In this document: piece after piece, positions 47,191 through 57,176 of the stretch | Layout of the letters: each line of letters opens with the position of its first letter | Numbering within the stretch: position 1 is the stretch's first letter | Assembly (NCBI GenBank): GCA_963728205.1 | Contig: CAVSIV010000006.1 | Span: 1,664,001 to 1,728,000, forward strand | DNA: 64,000 nt | Direction: 5' to 3' | Source: an uncultured Chloroflexia bacterium | Lineage (GTDB): Bacteria > Chloroflexota > Dehalococcoidia > UBA2979 | The notes under the pieces: model-generated | What the model was told of the DNA's origin: nothing | The model's input: the letters and a program-made list of their open reading frames with translations, nothing else | Database searches by the model: none | Position numbers and translations under genes: made by a program

Positions 47191-48021
47191 CTAGCCGCGC
47201 ACGGCCGGTGCCGGCGCGGTCGCGCCGACGTAGCGCTCGAGGAACAGCGTCATCAGGTCGGCGCACTGGCGCACGAAGCGCAGGTCCGCGTCGAACCCGT
47301 GCGGCTGGTCCGCGAAGAGATGCATGTCGACCGGCACGCCGGCCGCGCGCAGCGCGTCGTACATCGACGTGCTCTGCGCGTCGGGGACGACGGCATCGGC
47401 GGTGCCGTGGATCAGCAGCGCCGGTGGGAACTCCGCGGAGACGTGCGTGAGCGGGCTGCCCTCGCGCGCGGCCGTCGTCGCGTCGGCATGGCCCGCGAAG
47501 AGGAAGTCGAACGTCGCGCTGCCGGGGCCGGCGAAGTCTGTCACGGGGTAGAACGCGACGGCCGCGGCCACGGCGGTGGAGACGCCGGGGTTCCCGCCGT
47601 CGCCCTCGAAGGCCGCGAGCCCCGGCGTGCCGGCCGCGAGCAGCGAGAGGTGGCCGCCCGCGGAGTTCCCGGTGATGGCGATGCGGTCGGGGTCGACGCC
47701 GAGCGCGTCGGCGTTCGCGCGCATCCAGCGGATCGCGGCCTTTACGTCCTGGATCTGCGCGGGCCACGGCGACTCCGGGAGCAGGCGGTACTCGATGGCC
47801 GCGCACACGACGCCGGTGCGCGCCAGGCGAATCCCGTAGCCGCGCAGCTGCGAGCGGTCGCCCTCGCGCCAGCCGCCGCCGTGCACGATCACGACGCCGG
47901 TCGCGCCGCGCGGCACCCCGCCGGGCGGGGTGAAGACGTCGCAGCGCAGGTCGCGCCCACCGCCGCGCCCGTAGACGACGCCCTCCTGGACGTCGACCAG
48001 ACCGGGGATCGCCTCGGCCAT
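47191..48021 (-). CDS. alpha/beta hydrolase (esterase)
   Basis: VHGGGW, GNSAGGH, IHGTAD, PHGF. Confidence 0.9.
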   Translation of the reverse strand: MAEAIPGLVDVQEGVVYGRGGGRDLRCDVFTPPGGVPRGATGVVIVHGGGWREGDRSQLRGYGIRLARTGVVCAAIEYRLLPESPWPAQIQDVKAAIRWMRANADALGVDPDRIAITGNSAGGHLSLLAAGTPGLAAFEGDGGNPGVSTAVAAAVAFYPVTDFAGPGSATFDFLFAGHADATTAAREGSPLTHVSAEFPPALLIHGTADAVVPDAQSTSMYDALRAAGVPVDMHLFADQPHGFDADLRFVRQCADLMTLFLERYVGATAPAPAVRG

Positions 48022-48129
48022 CGCTCGCCTCCTTCTCGCGCCGTCGCCGGACGACGCCACACGGTAGCAGGCGCGGCGCGGCCGCGCCTGCCGGCGGGCC
48101 CCGCCCGCGGCCGCGCCTGCCGCGGGCAT

Positions 48130-48333
48130 CCGCCCGCGGCGCCGCCGTCGCAAGCGGCGGCAGACATGCCGCCGATACGCCCGCGGGCATCCGCCCGCGA
48201 CGCCGCCTCCGTCACCGGGCCGGCGACGCGACGAGGGGCAGGCCCATGGCCTGCCCCTCGGAGTGGCGGGCGGACGCCCGCCTCACATCGGCGGCGTGTC
48301 TGCCGCCGCTTGCGACGGCGGCGCCGCGGGCGG
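48130..48333. repeat. REPIN family A copy 6, long spacer with nested hairpin
   Basis: Arms extended by CCGCCCGCGGCGCCGCCGTCG; inner CGAGGGGCAGGCC-CAT-GGCCTGCCCCTCG at 48232-48260. Confidence 0.88.
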
Positions 48334-48338
48334 GGCCG

Positions 48339-49016
48339 CTACTCCACGCGCGTGCCGCGCGAGCGGCCCGTGAACCAGAACCCGAGCACGATCACCGTGA
48401 ACACGCAGATCGCGACGAGGTCGAGCACGAAGAATCCGCTGCTCACCCCCAGCGCGAGCCCGCCGATCAGGAAGAGGTAGACGACCATCAGCAGGCCGAT
48501 CCACCCCCAGTTCGCGCGGCGCTCCGGCGGCAGCACCACCGGGCGCGGCGCGGCCTCCGGCTGCGGCGGGGGCGGCGGGATGTTCGCCGACGTGGCGACC
48601 GGTTGCCCCTCCTCGACGTAGATCACCGGCAGCTTCGTGGTGCGCTCCACGCGCTGCTGGAAGTCCATGTCGATCCAGCGCTCGGACCCCGGCGGGGGCG
48701 TGGACAGCACGACCGCGTCGAAGTCCGGGTGCTCGCGCAGCGCGTCCTCCACGGCCGCGACCGGCGAGCCCGAGCCCACCTGCGCGGCGTCGAGCGGCAG
48801 GTCGGCCTCGCGGTACATGCGCTCGGCCGCGCGCACGGCCTCGTACGCGTCCCTGCGGGCCTCCTCGATGTCGCTCGTGAACGTGTGGGAGGCGGGCGCC
48901 TCGGGCACGACGAGCGTCATCCGCGCGGCGGGGTCTTCCTTCTTGATCGTGCGGAGCTGGTCCATCAGCTCCGGGCTCGTGGCGCTCTCGTAGGCAACGA
49001 CGAGATAACGAGCCAT
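48339..49016 (-). CDS. USP-like domain protein with two C-terminal TM helices
   Basis: RYLVVA..SPEL..TLVVP..DAVVLST..SERW; GGAGAGGAG RBS. Confidence 0.7.
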   Translation of the reverse strand: MARYLVVAYESATSPELMDQLRTIKKEDPAARMTLVVPEAPASHTFTSDIEEARRDAYEAVRAAERMYREADLPLDAAQVGSGSPVAAVEDALREHPDFDAVVLSTPPPGSERWIDMDFQQRVERTTKLPVIYVEEGQPVATSANIPPPPPQPEAAPRPVVLPPERRANWGWIGLLMVVYLFLIGGLALGVSSGFFVLDLVAICVFTVIVLGFWFTGRSRGTRVE

Positions 49017-49230
49017 CTCTGACTCCTCTCCTGGTGCCGTCGGCGCGCGGGATCGCGGCGCCGGCCGGCGGGATGTGACACCTCTCGGGGGGCGGCGGCG
49101 CGGCCGGCGTCTCGCGGAGGTGCCTCTGATTCGAGGGTAACAACGGGGGGCGAGCGCCCCGCCGCGCCGCGCGCGGGCGTCCACGGCGTCAACGGGTTCG
49201 GACAAGCGGCATCGTCGGTACCATCAACCG

Positions 49231-49845
49231 ATGCCCGAGACCTACACCGGCGAGCCCGACGTCGACGCGCTCGTGCGCCGCGCCCAGGCCGGCGAGCTGC
49301 CCGCGTTCAACGCGCTCGTCCTGCGCTACCAGGACCCGCTGTTCGGCCTCGCGCTGCGCATGCTCGGCTCCCGCGATGCCGCGGAGGACGCGACGCAGGA
49401 GGCGCTGATCCGCGCCTACCGCCGCATCGACACGTTCCGCGGCGGCAACTTCCGCTCGTGGCTGTTCTCGATCGTCGCGAACCAGGCGCGCGACGAGCTG
49501 CGCCGGCGTGGCCGCCGCCCCGCGCTCTCGCTCGACTACGGCCGCGACGACCCCGATCGCCCCACGCTCGACCCGCCCGACACCGACCCGTCGCCCGAGG
49601 CGCGCGCCGAGCAGTCCGACCTGCGCCGCACCCTCGAGGAGGCGCTGCAGCGCCTGCCGCACGACTGGCGCGAGGTGGTGCTGCTCGTCGACGTGCACGG
49701 CCTCGCGTACGAGGAGGCGGCGGCCAGCGTCGGCCTGCCGGTGGGCACCGTGAAGTCGCGGCTGAGCCGCGCGCGCAGCCGGCTGCGCGACCTCCTGCGA
49801 GAGGCCGGGGAACTCCCCGCCCGCGTCCAGCGTCAGGAGACGTAG
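49231..49845 (+). CDS. ECF sigma-70 factor
   Basis: AEDATQEA, FRSWLFSI, GLAYEEAA..PVGTVKSRLSRAR; TACCAT-N6-ATG. Confidence 0.93.
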   Translation: MPETYTGEPDVDALVRRAQAGELPAFNALVLRYQDPLFGLALRMLGSRDAAEDATQEALIRAYRRIDTFRGGNFRSWLFSIVANQARDELRRRGRRPALSLDYGRDDPDRPTLDPPDTDPSPEARAEQSDLRRTLEEALQRLPHDWREVVLLVDVHGLAYEEAAASVGLPVGTVKSRLSRARSRLRDLLREAGELPARVQRQET

Positions 49846-49854
49846 GTGGGACCG

Positions 49855-50685
49855 ATGCGAGGATGGCGACGGATCTTCGGAAGAGGTGCGGCAGGGGAGC
49901 CGCCGGCGACGCCCGACGAGGCGCGCGCCGAGCAGCTCTCTGCGTACCTCGACGACGAGCTGTCGCCGTCCGAGCGAGCGGAGGTCGAGGCCGCCCTGGC
50001 GGGCGACGCCGAGCTCCGCGATCGGCTCGAGGACCTGCGCGCGGTGCGCGTGGCGCTGCGGTCGCTCGCCGCGGTGCGAGCCCCGCGGTCGTTTGCGCTC
50101 ACGGCGCCGCCGGTGCAACGGCGCGGCATGCCGCGGCTCGAGCTGGCGACCCGGGTCGCGACGGCGGCGGTGGCCGCGGCGTTCGTCGTCGCGCTCGTGC
50201 TGCCGGGCGGTGGGCGGTCGGAGACCGTGACCAGCGCGCCGGCGGGCGGCTTCGGCGCCGCGTCGAAGGCGGCCGCGCCCGCGACGGCGACGCCGGGCAT
50301 GCGCACGTTCGCCGCGCCGGCGCCGCAGCTCGCGACGCCGCCGGCGGCCGCGCCGACCGGTTCGGCATCGCGAGCGGCGACGCTCGCGGCGTCGACGGCG
50401 TCGACGGCGCCGACGGCGCCCGAGGCGGCCACGGCCACGCCGGCCGGTCCGGAGGCGCGCGCCGGGCTGGCGCCACGGGCGACGCCGGGCACGGCGAACG
50501 ACGCGGCCGGCGCCACGCAGGCGCTGCAGGCGCCGACCGAGGCGCCGCTGCCGGCCAACGTCGCGTCGCCGCAGTCGCCGGACCACGGCGAGCGGCGGCT
50601 GATCACGGTCGGGCTCGGCGCGCTGACGGTGCTGCTCGCGGCGCTGTCGGCCGGCGAGTGGATCGTGCGCCGCGCGCGGTCGTAG
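49855..50685 (+). CDS. membrane anti-sigma factor
   Basis: EQLSAYLDDELSPSERAEVE (ZAS-like, Zn ligands absent), PRSFAL, TM helices. Confidence 0.8.
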   Translation: MRGWRRIFGRGAAGEPPATPDEARAEQLSAYLDDELSPSERAEVEAALAGDAELRDRLEDLRAVRVALRSLAAVRAPRSFALTAPPVQRRGMPRLELATRVATAAVAAAFVVALVLPGGGRSETVTSAPAGGFGAASKAAAPATATPGMRTFAAPAPQLATPPAAAPTGSASRAATLAASTASTAPTAPEAATATPAGPEARAGLAPRATPGTANDAAGATQALQAPTEAPLPANVASPQSPDHGERRLITVGLGALTVLLAALSAGEWIVRRARS

Positions 50686-50802
50686 CCCGGCCGGGGCGCC
50701 GGGACCCGCGTCGAGCGGTCATCCGCGGCGCGGGACCTGCGCCTCTCGCGCGCCGGTTCGTCCCACCTCAACCTGGGGTCGAGTCCGATGAGGAGTGGGA
50801 CG

Positions 50803-51561
50803 ATGGGGAAGATCAATCGCGGGTGGGGCCGCCGGACATGGTGGCTGACCGCCCTCGTGGCGGTGATCGCCCTGGGCGCCGTGGCCTGCAAGCCGCAGAC
50901 CAGCGTGACGGTGCAGCCGCCGAGCACGAACCAGACGGGCATCGCGGTGAGCGGCACCGGGACCGCCAACGTCACGCCCGACATCGCCGTGATCGATCTC
51001 GGGACGAGCGTCACCGCCAAGACCGTGGCCGACGCGCGCGACCAGGCGGCGCAGTCGATGCAGAAGGTGATCGACGCCGTGAAGGGTCAGGGCGTCGCCG
51101 ACAAGGACATCCAGACGACGTCCTTCTCGATCCAGCCCCAGTACAACTACACGCAGGACAAGGGCCAGGAGATCATCGGGTACCAGGTCACGAACCTCGT
51201 GACGATCAAGGTGCGCAAGCTCGACAGCGTGCCCGCGGTGCTCGACGACGCGGCGCAGGCCGGCGGCAACGACGTGCGCGTGAACAACGTCGCGTTCACG
51301 GTCGACAACCCCGACCAGTACCTGAAGGACGCGCGCGACCAGGCGCTGAAGAACGCGAAGGAGCACGCGCAGACGCTCGCCGACGCGGCCGGCGTGCAGC
51401 TCGGGGCGCCGACGTCGATCTCCGAGTCGTCGTCGATGCCGCAGCCCATCCCGTACGCCGCCGCCGCGCCCGCGCGCGACGCAGCGGGTGCGTCGACCCC
51501 GGTGCAGCCGGGCGAGACGAAGCTCACGGTGACGGTGTCGGTGGTGTACGCCATCCAGTAG
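50803..51561 (+). CDS. SIMPL (DUF541) domain lipoprotein
   Basis: Lipobox AVAC; IAVSGTG..PDIAVI..DIQT..GYQVTN. Confidence 0.9.
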   Translation: MGKINRGWGRRTWWLTALVAVIALGAVACKPQTSVTVQPPSTNQTGIAVSGTGTANVTPDIAVIDLGTSVTAKTVADARDQAAQSMQKVIDAVKGQGVADKDIQTTSFSIQPQYNYTQDKGQEIIGYQVTNLVTIKVRKLDSVPAVLDDAAQAGGNDVRVNNVAFTVDNPDQYLKDARDQALKNAKEHAQTLADAAGVQLGAPTSISESSSMPQPIPYAAAAPARDAAGASTPVQPGETKLTVTVSVVYAIQ

Positions 51562-51607
51562 CCGCGCACGCGCAGCCCGCGGGCGACCCCGCCCTCGCCC
51601 GCGCAAT

Positions 51608-51638
51608 CCGCCGTCCCCTTCGCGGGGGACGGCGGTTT
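51608..51638 (+). terminator. intrinsic terminator
   Basis: CCGCCGTCCCC-TTCGCG-GGGGACGGCGG-TTT. Confidence 0.7.
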
Positions 51639-51771
51639 GCGTGGCGGCCGGGGGCGCCCGCCCGCCTCTGCGCCCGCCGCCCGTAGCGGCCCGTGGGCCG
51701 CTCCCTTAGGCTGGCCGCGAGGCCGGCCCCGCCTCGCCCACCGCCTCCCCGCGTCGAGCGAAAGCCACCGC

Positions 51772-52980
51772 ATGAGCCCGCGCCGCCCCGCCGCCTCCGC
51801 GAACGGCCGCGACCCGCGCCCGGGCGTCTTCTCGACCGAGATGCTCCTCGCATGCGTGGCGCGCGGCGAGATCGCGATCCCCGTCGACCTCCCCGTCGCC
51901 GATGAGCAGCTCCAGCCGGCGAGCCTCGACCTGCGCCTCGGCAAGCGCGCCTACCGCCTGCGCAGCAGCTTCCTGCCCGGCGCCGGGTCGACCGTCGAGG
52001 AGCGCCTCCGCGACCTCCAGATGGGCGCGCCCGTGAACCTCACGGCGTCCGGCGGCGCCGTGCTCGAGCGCGGCCGGCCCTACCTCATCCCGCTCGTCGA
52101 GTCGCTCGCCCTGCCCGACGACGTTCGCGGCCGCACGAACCCGCGCTCGTCGACCGGCCGCGTCGACCTCTTCACCCGCGTGATCACCGATCACGGCGCG
52201 CAGTTCGACGAGATCCGCCCCGGCTATCACGGCGGCCTGTGGCTCGAGGTCTACTCGAACTCGTTCACGGTCGCGGTGCGCGCCGGCCTGCGCCTCGCGC
52301 AGCTGCGGCTGAGCCGCGGCGAGGCGGCCGTGCGCGCGCCCGAGCTGCGCCGCCTGCACGCGAAGGAGGGCCTGCTCTTCACGCCCGGCCCCGAGCCGCG
52401 CGCCAAGACCGCCGACCCGCTGATCACCGGCGACGGCCTCTTCGTGCGCGTCAGCCTCGACCCCGGCTCGCACGTCGGCTGGCGCGCGCGGCGGGACAGC
52501 GGCCTGCTCGACCTCGGCGTCAGCGGCACGCTCGCCGCGAACGACTTCTGGGAGATGGTGTTCGCCGACGACCACGGCCGGCTCGTCCTCGAGCCCGAGC
52601 AGTTCTACCTGCTGATCTCGCACGACTACGTCCGCGTGCCGCCCGGCCTGGCGTCCGAGATGGTGGCGTACGACCCGACGAACGGCGAGCTGCGCACGCA
52701 CTACGCCGGCTTCTTCGACCCGGGCTTCGGCCACCGCCGCGACGGCTCCGCCGGCACGCGCGCCGTGCTCGAGGTCCGCGCGCACGACGTGCCGTTCATG
52801 CTCGAGGACGAGCAGCCGATCGCGCGGCTCGCGTTCGAGCGCATGGCCGCCGAGCCGGAGCACCTCTACGGCGAGTCGGCCGTCCCGTCGCACTACCAGC
52901 GCCAGGAGGTCGATCGCGCGCTGCCGCGCCAGTTCGCGCCGTACGTCCCGTCGCGCCGCATGGCGCTGCCCACCGGGTAG
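51772..52980 (+). CDS. dcd: 2'-deoxycytidine 5'-triphosphate deaminase (long two-domain type)
   Basis: LQPASLDLRLG, NPRSSTGRVD, HYAGFFDPGFG, AVLEVR. Confidence 0.88.
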   Translation: MSPRRPAASANGRDPRPGVFSTEMLLACVARGEIAIPVDLPVADEQLQPASLDLRLGKRAYRLRSSFLPGAGSTVEERLRDLQMGAPVNLTASGGAVLERGRPYLIPLVESLALPDDVRGRTNPRSSTGRVDLFTRVITDHGAQFDEIRPGYHGGLWLEVYSNSFTVAVRAGLRLAQLRLSRGEAAVRAPELRRLHAKEGLLFTPGPEPRAKTADPLITGDGLFVRVSLDPGSHVGWRARRDSGLLDLGVSGTLAANDFWEMVFADDHGRLVLEPEQFYLLISHDYVRVPPGLASEMVAYDPTNGELRTHYAGFFDPGFGHRRDGSAGTRAVLEVRAHDVPFMLEDEQPIARLAFERMAAEPEHLYGESAVPSHYQRQEVDRALPRQFAPYVPSRRMALPTG

Positions 52981-53031
52981 GGGCGGGCGCGGCGCTTCGG
53001 CGCGCGGCGGGCCCCAGGCCTGCCGTGGCCA

Positions 53032-53178
53032 CGCGACGCCGACCGTGAACCGCGCGACGCCGACCGTGAACCGCGCGACGCCGACCGGCGGCCGCGCGAC
53101 GCTGACCGGCGGCCGCGCGACGCTGACCGGCGGCCGCGCGACGCTGACCGGCGGCCGCGCGACGCCGACCGGCGGCCG
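53032..53178. repeat. 21-nt tandem repeat, 7 copies
   Basis: CGCGACGCYGACCG(TGAA/GCGG)CCG at 53032, 53053, 53074, 53095, 53116, 53137, 53158. Confidence 0.92.
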
Positions 53179-53183
53179 TCCGA

Positions 53184-53270
53184 CCCACAGCGGCGGCAGA
53201 CATGCCGCCGACACCGGCGGGCCGGCGGAAGCCGGCCATCTGTCGGCGGCATGTCTGCCGCCGCTGTGGG
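53184..53270. repeat. REPIN family A copy 7
   Basis: CCCACAGCGGCGGCAGACATGCCGCCGACA...TGTCGGCGGCATGTCTGCCGCCGCTGTGGG. Confidence 0.9.
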
Positions 53271-53304
53271 CGCCGCGCATGGATCGGATAAGAATGTCCC
53301 CGCC

Positions 53305-54468
53305 ATGACCACCGACCCACCGCCCGCCACGCCCTCCGACTACATGCGCCTCGCGATCGCCGAGGCCGAGGAGGCCGTCGGCTGGACGTCGCCGAATCCG
53401 CCGGTGGGCGCCGTCGTCGTGCGCGACGGGCGCGTCGTCGGTCGCGGGCGCACGCAGCCGCCGGGGGGCGCGCACGCCGAGGTGATGGCGCTGCGCGACG
53501 CCGGGCCGGACGCCGCGCGCGGCGCGACCGTGTACTGCACGCTCGAACCGTGCGCCCACTTCGGGCGCACGCCGCCCTGCGCCGACGCGCTCGTCGACGC
53601 CGGCGTCGCGGCCGTGCACTACGCCATCGACGACCCCGACCCGCGCGTCGACGGCGGCGGCCGCGCCCGGCTCGAGGCCGCGGGCGTCGCGGTGACCGTC
53701 GGCGACGGCGCGGCCGAGGTGCGGCGCCAGCTCGCCGGCTACCTGAAGCACCGCCGCACCGGGCTGCCGCTCGTCGTCGTGAAGTACGCCGCGTCGCTCG
53801 ACGGGCGCATCGCCGCCGCGTCGGGCGACTCGCGCTGGGTGTCGGGCCCGCAGACGCTCGCGTGGGTGCATCGCGAGCGGCGGCGGCTCGACGCGCTCGT
53901 CGTCGGCTCGGGGACCGTCGTCGCCGACAACCCGTCGCTGACCGCGCGCGCGCCCGGCCACGAGGCCGAGCGCTCGACCGCCGTCGCCGTGGGCGTCCAC
54001 CAGCCGCTGCGCGTCGTCGTCGACTCGCGCGGCCGCACGCCGGCGGACGCCGCCGTGCTCGCCGGCCCGGCGCCGACGCTCGTCGCGACGCTCGACACCG
54101 CGCCCGCCGCCTGGCGCGACGCGCTCGTCGCGCGCGGCGCGGAGGTGGTCCCGCTGCCCGCCGCGCCCGGCGCCGACGGCGCGCCGCACGTCGACCTCGC
54201 GGCGCTGCTGCGCGAGCTCGGCCGCCGCGGCACGCTCGTCGCGCTCTTCGAGGGCGGGGGCGTGCTGCTCGGCTCGCTCTTCGACGCGCGCCTCGTCGAC
54301 CGCGTCCACGCGGTGCTCGCGCCGCTCATCATCGGCGCGGCGAATGCCCCCGCCGCGGTCGCCGGCCGCGGCGCCGACCGCATGGCCGACGCGGTGCGCC
54401 TGCGCGACGTCACGGTCGAGCGCCTCGGCGACGACACGCTGATCTCCGGCGAGCCGGTGTGGCCCTGA
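53305..54468 (+). CDS. ribD: bifunctional riboflavin deaminase/reductase RibD
   Basis: PNPPVGAV, HAE, TLEPCAHFGRTPPC, SLDGRIA, EGGG. Confidence 0.95.
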   Translation: MTTDPPPATPSDYMRLAIAEAEEAVGWTSPNPPVGAVVVRDGRVVGRGRTQPPGGAHAEVMALRDAGPDAARGATVYCTLEPCAHFGRTPPCADALVDAGVAAVHYAIDDPDPRVDGGGRARLEAAGVAVTVGDGAAEVRRQLAGYLKHRRTGLPLVVVKYAASLDGRIAAASGDSRWVSGPQTLAWVHRERRRLDALVVGSGTVVADNPSLTARAPGHEAERSTAVAVGVHQPLRVVVDSRGRTPADAAVLAGPAPTLVATLDTAPAAWRDALVARGAEVVPLPAAPGADGAPHVDLAALLRELGRRGTLVALFEGGGVLLGSLFDARLVDRVHAVLAPLIIGAANAPAAVAGRGADRMADAVRLRDVTVERLGDDTLISGEPVWP

Positions 54469-54506
54469 ACGGCCGGCGCGCGGTGGGCTTCAGGCCTCGC
54501 CGGCGA

Positions 54507-54601
54507 GTCAAAGCGGCGGCAGATATGCCGCCGACAGGAGCGCGGCGTCAGCCGCGGACGGCGTCCGCGTCCTGTCGGCGGCATATCTGCCGCCGCTTGA
54601 C
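54507..54601. repeat. REPIN family A copy 8
   Basis: GTCAAAGCGGCGGCAGATATGCCGCCGACA...CCGCCGCTTGAC; spacer is the reverse complement of the copy 2/3 type. Confidence 0.9.
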
Positions 54602-54716
54602 GTTCGTCCCTGCACGGCCCGCCGGGGGCCGGCCCGCACGCGGTCGCGGGCAAATTGAGCGATACTGAGCACCGAGGCGCGCGACCCGACCCGGCGCGCA
54701 GCATCATGGAGCGCCT

Positions 54717-55310
54717 GTGTTCACCGGCATCATCGAGGAAGTCGGCAGCGTCCGCCGCCGCGAGGGCGGCGAACTCGTGATCGCCTGCCGCGACATCCTC
54801 GAAGACTCGCGGCTCGGCGATTCCATCGCCGTCAACGGCGTCGACCTCACCGTGCGTGCGATGGGCCCCGACAGCATGACCTTCGACGTCATGCCCGAGA
54901 CCTTCCGCCGCTCGAACCTGCGCAACGTGCAGGCCGGCGACTGGGTGAACCTCGAGCGCTCGGTGACCGGCGCCACGCGGCTGTCCGGCCACATCGTGCG
55001 CGGCGTCGTGGAGACGACCTGCACGCTCGACTCGCTGACGCCCGAGGGCGATGCGCTGATCGCGCGCTTCCGGTGCCCGCCCGAGTACCTGCGCTTCATC
55101 GTGCTGAAGGGGCCCGTCTGCGTGGACGGCGTCTCGCTCACCGTGACCGCGCGCGACGCCGAGTCGTTCTCGGTCTCGCTCGTGCAGTACACGCAGGAGC
55201 ACACCAACCTGACGCGGCGGAGCCCCGGCGACGAGATCAACCTCGAGACCGACATCTTCGCGCGCTACATCGATCAGCTGCTGGAGGCGCGGCAGACGGC
55301 CGGCGACTAG
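54717..55310 (+). CDS. ribE: riboflavin synthase
   Basis: [36 protein letters not shown]. Confidence 0.95.
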   Translation: MFTGIIEEVGSVRRREGGELVIACRDILEDSRLGDSIAVNGVDLTVRAMGPDSMTFDVMPETFRRSNLRNVQAGDWVNLERSVTGATRLSGHIVRGVVETTCTLDSLTPEGDALIARFRCPPEYLRFIVLKGPVCVDGVSLTVTARDAESFSVSLVQYTQEHTNLTRRSPGDEINLETDIFARYIDQLLEARQTAGD

Positions 55311-55339
55311 CCGGCGGCGACGCGCGGGAGGAGGGCCTC

Positions 55340-56659
55340 GTGGCGGGGGAGACGAAGCAGACGGCGAAGGCGAAGCCGCGGGCGACGGCCCGGCGCGCGA
55401 GCGCGTCGCTGCGGGTCGGCATCGAGGAGGCCATCGCGGAGATCCGCGACGGCCAGCCGATCATCCTGGTCGACGACGAGGACCGCGAGAACGAGGGCGA
55501 CTTCACGATCGCCGCGCAGTTCTGCACGCCCGAGACCGTCAACTTCATGATCCGCCACGTGCGCGGGCTGATCTGCGTCCCGATGACCGAGGAGCGCGCC
55601 GACGCCCTCGCCCTGCCGCCGATGACCGACCACAACACCGCGCCGCTGGGCACCGCGTTCACGATCAGCGTCGAGGCCGCGACGGGCGTGACCACCGGCA
55701 TCTCGGCCGCCGACCGCGCGCGCACCGTGCAGGTGCTCGCCGACCCGTCTGCCGGCCCGCGCGACCTCACGCGGCCCGGCCACATCTTCCCGCTGCGCGC
55801 GAAGGACGGCGGTGTGCTCGTGCGCGCCGGCCAGACCGAGGCGTCGGTCGACCTCTGCCGCCTCGCCGGTGTCGAGCCGGTCGCGGTGGTCTGCGAGATC
55901 ATCAAGGACGACGGCACGATGGCGCGCATGCCGGATCTCGAGCGCTTCGCGCGCCGGCACCGCATCAAGATCGCCACCGTCGCCGACCTCATCCGCTACC
56001 GCATGAGCAACGAGCGCCTGATCGAGCGCGTCGGCGAGGCCACGCTGCCGACGCGCTTCGGCGAGTTCCGCGCGATCGGCTTCCGCACGCTGATCGACAC
56101 GAAGGAGCACGTCGCGCTGGTGATGGGCGACATCGAGCCCGACGAGCCGACCCTCGTGCGCGTGCACGACCAGTGCCTGACCGGCGACGTCTTCGGCTCG
56201 CTGCGCTGCGACTGCGGCGAGCAGAAGGACGCGGCGCTGGAGCGCATCGCGGAGGAGGGCAAGGGCGTCCTGGTCTACATGGACCAGGAGGGCCGCGGCA
56301 TCGGCCTGCACAACAAGCTGAAGGCGTACCGACTCCAGGAGGACGAGGGGCTCGACACCTTCGAGGCCAACGAGGCGCTGGGCCTGCCCGCGGAGAGCCG
56401 CGAATACGGCATCGGCGCGCAGATCCTGGTCGACCTCGGCGTGCGCCAGATGCGGCTGATGACGAACAACCCGCAGAAGATCTCGGAACTCGCGGAGATG
56501 GGCGCGCTGCGCGGCGCCGGGCTCGACGGCTACGGCCTGACGGTGGTCGACCGCGTGCCGCTCGAGATCGCGGCGAACCCGCACAACATCCGCTACCTCA
56601 CCGCGAAGCGCGACAAGATGGGGCACATCCTCGAGCAGCCCATGCCCGGGCTGGGGTAG
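55340..56659 (+). CDS. ribBA: bifunctional DHBP synthase / GTP cyclohydrolase II
   Basis: [51 protein letters not shown]. Confidence 0.96.
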   Translation: MAGETKQTAKAKPRATARRASASLRVGIEEAIAEIRDGQPIILVDDEDRENEGDFTIAAQFCTPETVNFMIRHVRGLICVPMTEERADALALPPMTDHNTAPLGTAFTISVEAATGVTTGISAADRARTVQVLADPSAGPRDLTRPGHIFPLRAKDGGVLVRAGQTEASVDLCRLAGVEPVAVVCEIIKDDGTMARMPDLERFARRHRIKIATVADLIRYRMSNERLIERVGEATLPTRFGEFRAIGFRTLIDTKEHVALVMGDIEPDEPTLVRVHDQCLTGDVFGSLRCDCGEQKDAALERIAEEGKGVLVYMDQEGRGIGLHNKLKAYRLQEDEGLDTFEANEALGLPAESREYGIGAQILVDLGVRQMRLMTNNPQKISELAEMGALRGAGLDGYGLTVVDRVPLEIAANPHNIRYLTAKRDKMGHILEQPMPGLG

Positions 56660-56666
56660 GCGGCGC

Positions 56667-57176
56667 GTGCCGAACGCGATCGAGGGCGCGCGCGACGCCT
56701 CGGACCTGCGGGTCGCGGTGGTGGCGTCGCGGTTCGACAAGACCGGCGGCGGCATCGTGACGCGGCTCTGCGACGGCGCCGTCGGGGCAGCGCGCGAGCA
56801 GGGCGTGCCCGACGCGCAGATCGACGTCGCGTGGGTGCCCGGGGCGTTCGAGCTGCCGCTCGCGGCGCAGCGCCTGGCGGAGACGGGGCGCTACGATGCC
56901 ATCGCCTGCGTGGGGGCCGTCATCCGCGGCGAGACGTCGCACTTCGACTTCGTGGCGGGCGGCGCGGCGCGCGGCATCCTGGACGTGGCGCTGCAGGTCG
57001 GGATGCCCGTCACCTTCGGCGTGGTGACGACCGACACCGTCGAACAGGCGGAAGCGCGCGCCGGCGGCGACGTGCGGAACTCGGGCCGGGAAGCGATGAT
57101 CGCGGCGATCGAGATGGCGCTGCTGCTGCAGGCGGTGGACGATCTCGTTGAGCCGCCGACGGGGGACGTGTCATGA
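56667..57176 (+). CDS. ribH: 6,7-dimethyl-8-ribityllumazine synthase
   Basis: VPGAFELP, GAVIRGETSHFDFV, PVTFGVVT. Confidence 0.95.
   Translation: MPNAIEGARDASDLRVAVVASRFDKTGGGIVTRLCDGAVGAAREQGVPDAQIDVAWVPGAFELPLAAQRLAETGRYDAIACVGAVIRGETSHFDFVAGGAARGILDVALQVGMPVTFGVVTTDTVEQAEARAGGDVRNSGREAMIAAIEMALLLQAVDDLVEPPTGDVS

Noticed and set aside
49070-49085. ECF promoter TGTCACA upstream of the USP-like gene
   Set aside because: No matching CGTC -10 at the expected spacing
53032-53178. CRISPR or coding repeat (ORFs 53045..53308 +, 52893..53330 -)
   Set aside because: Head-to-tail 21-mers without spacers; the ORFs are open only because the period is a multiple of 3 and lacks stops
52981-53304. FMN riboswitch upstream of the rib operon
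   Set aside because: No RFN conserved segments visible; the gap is filled by repeats
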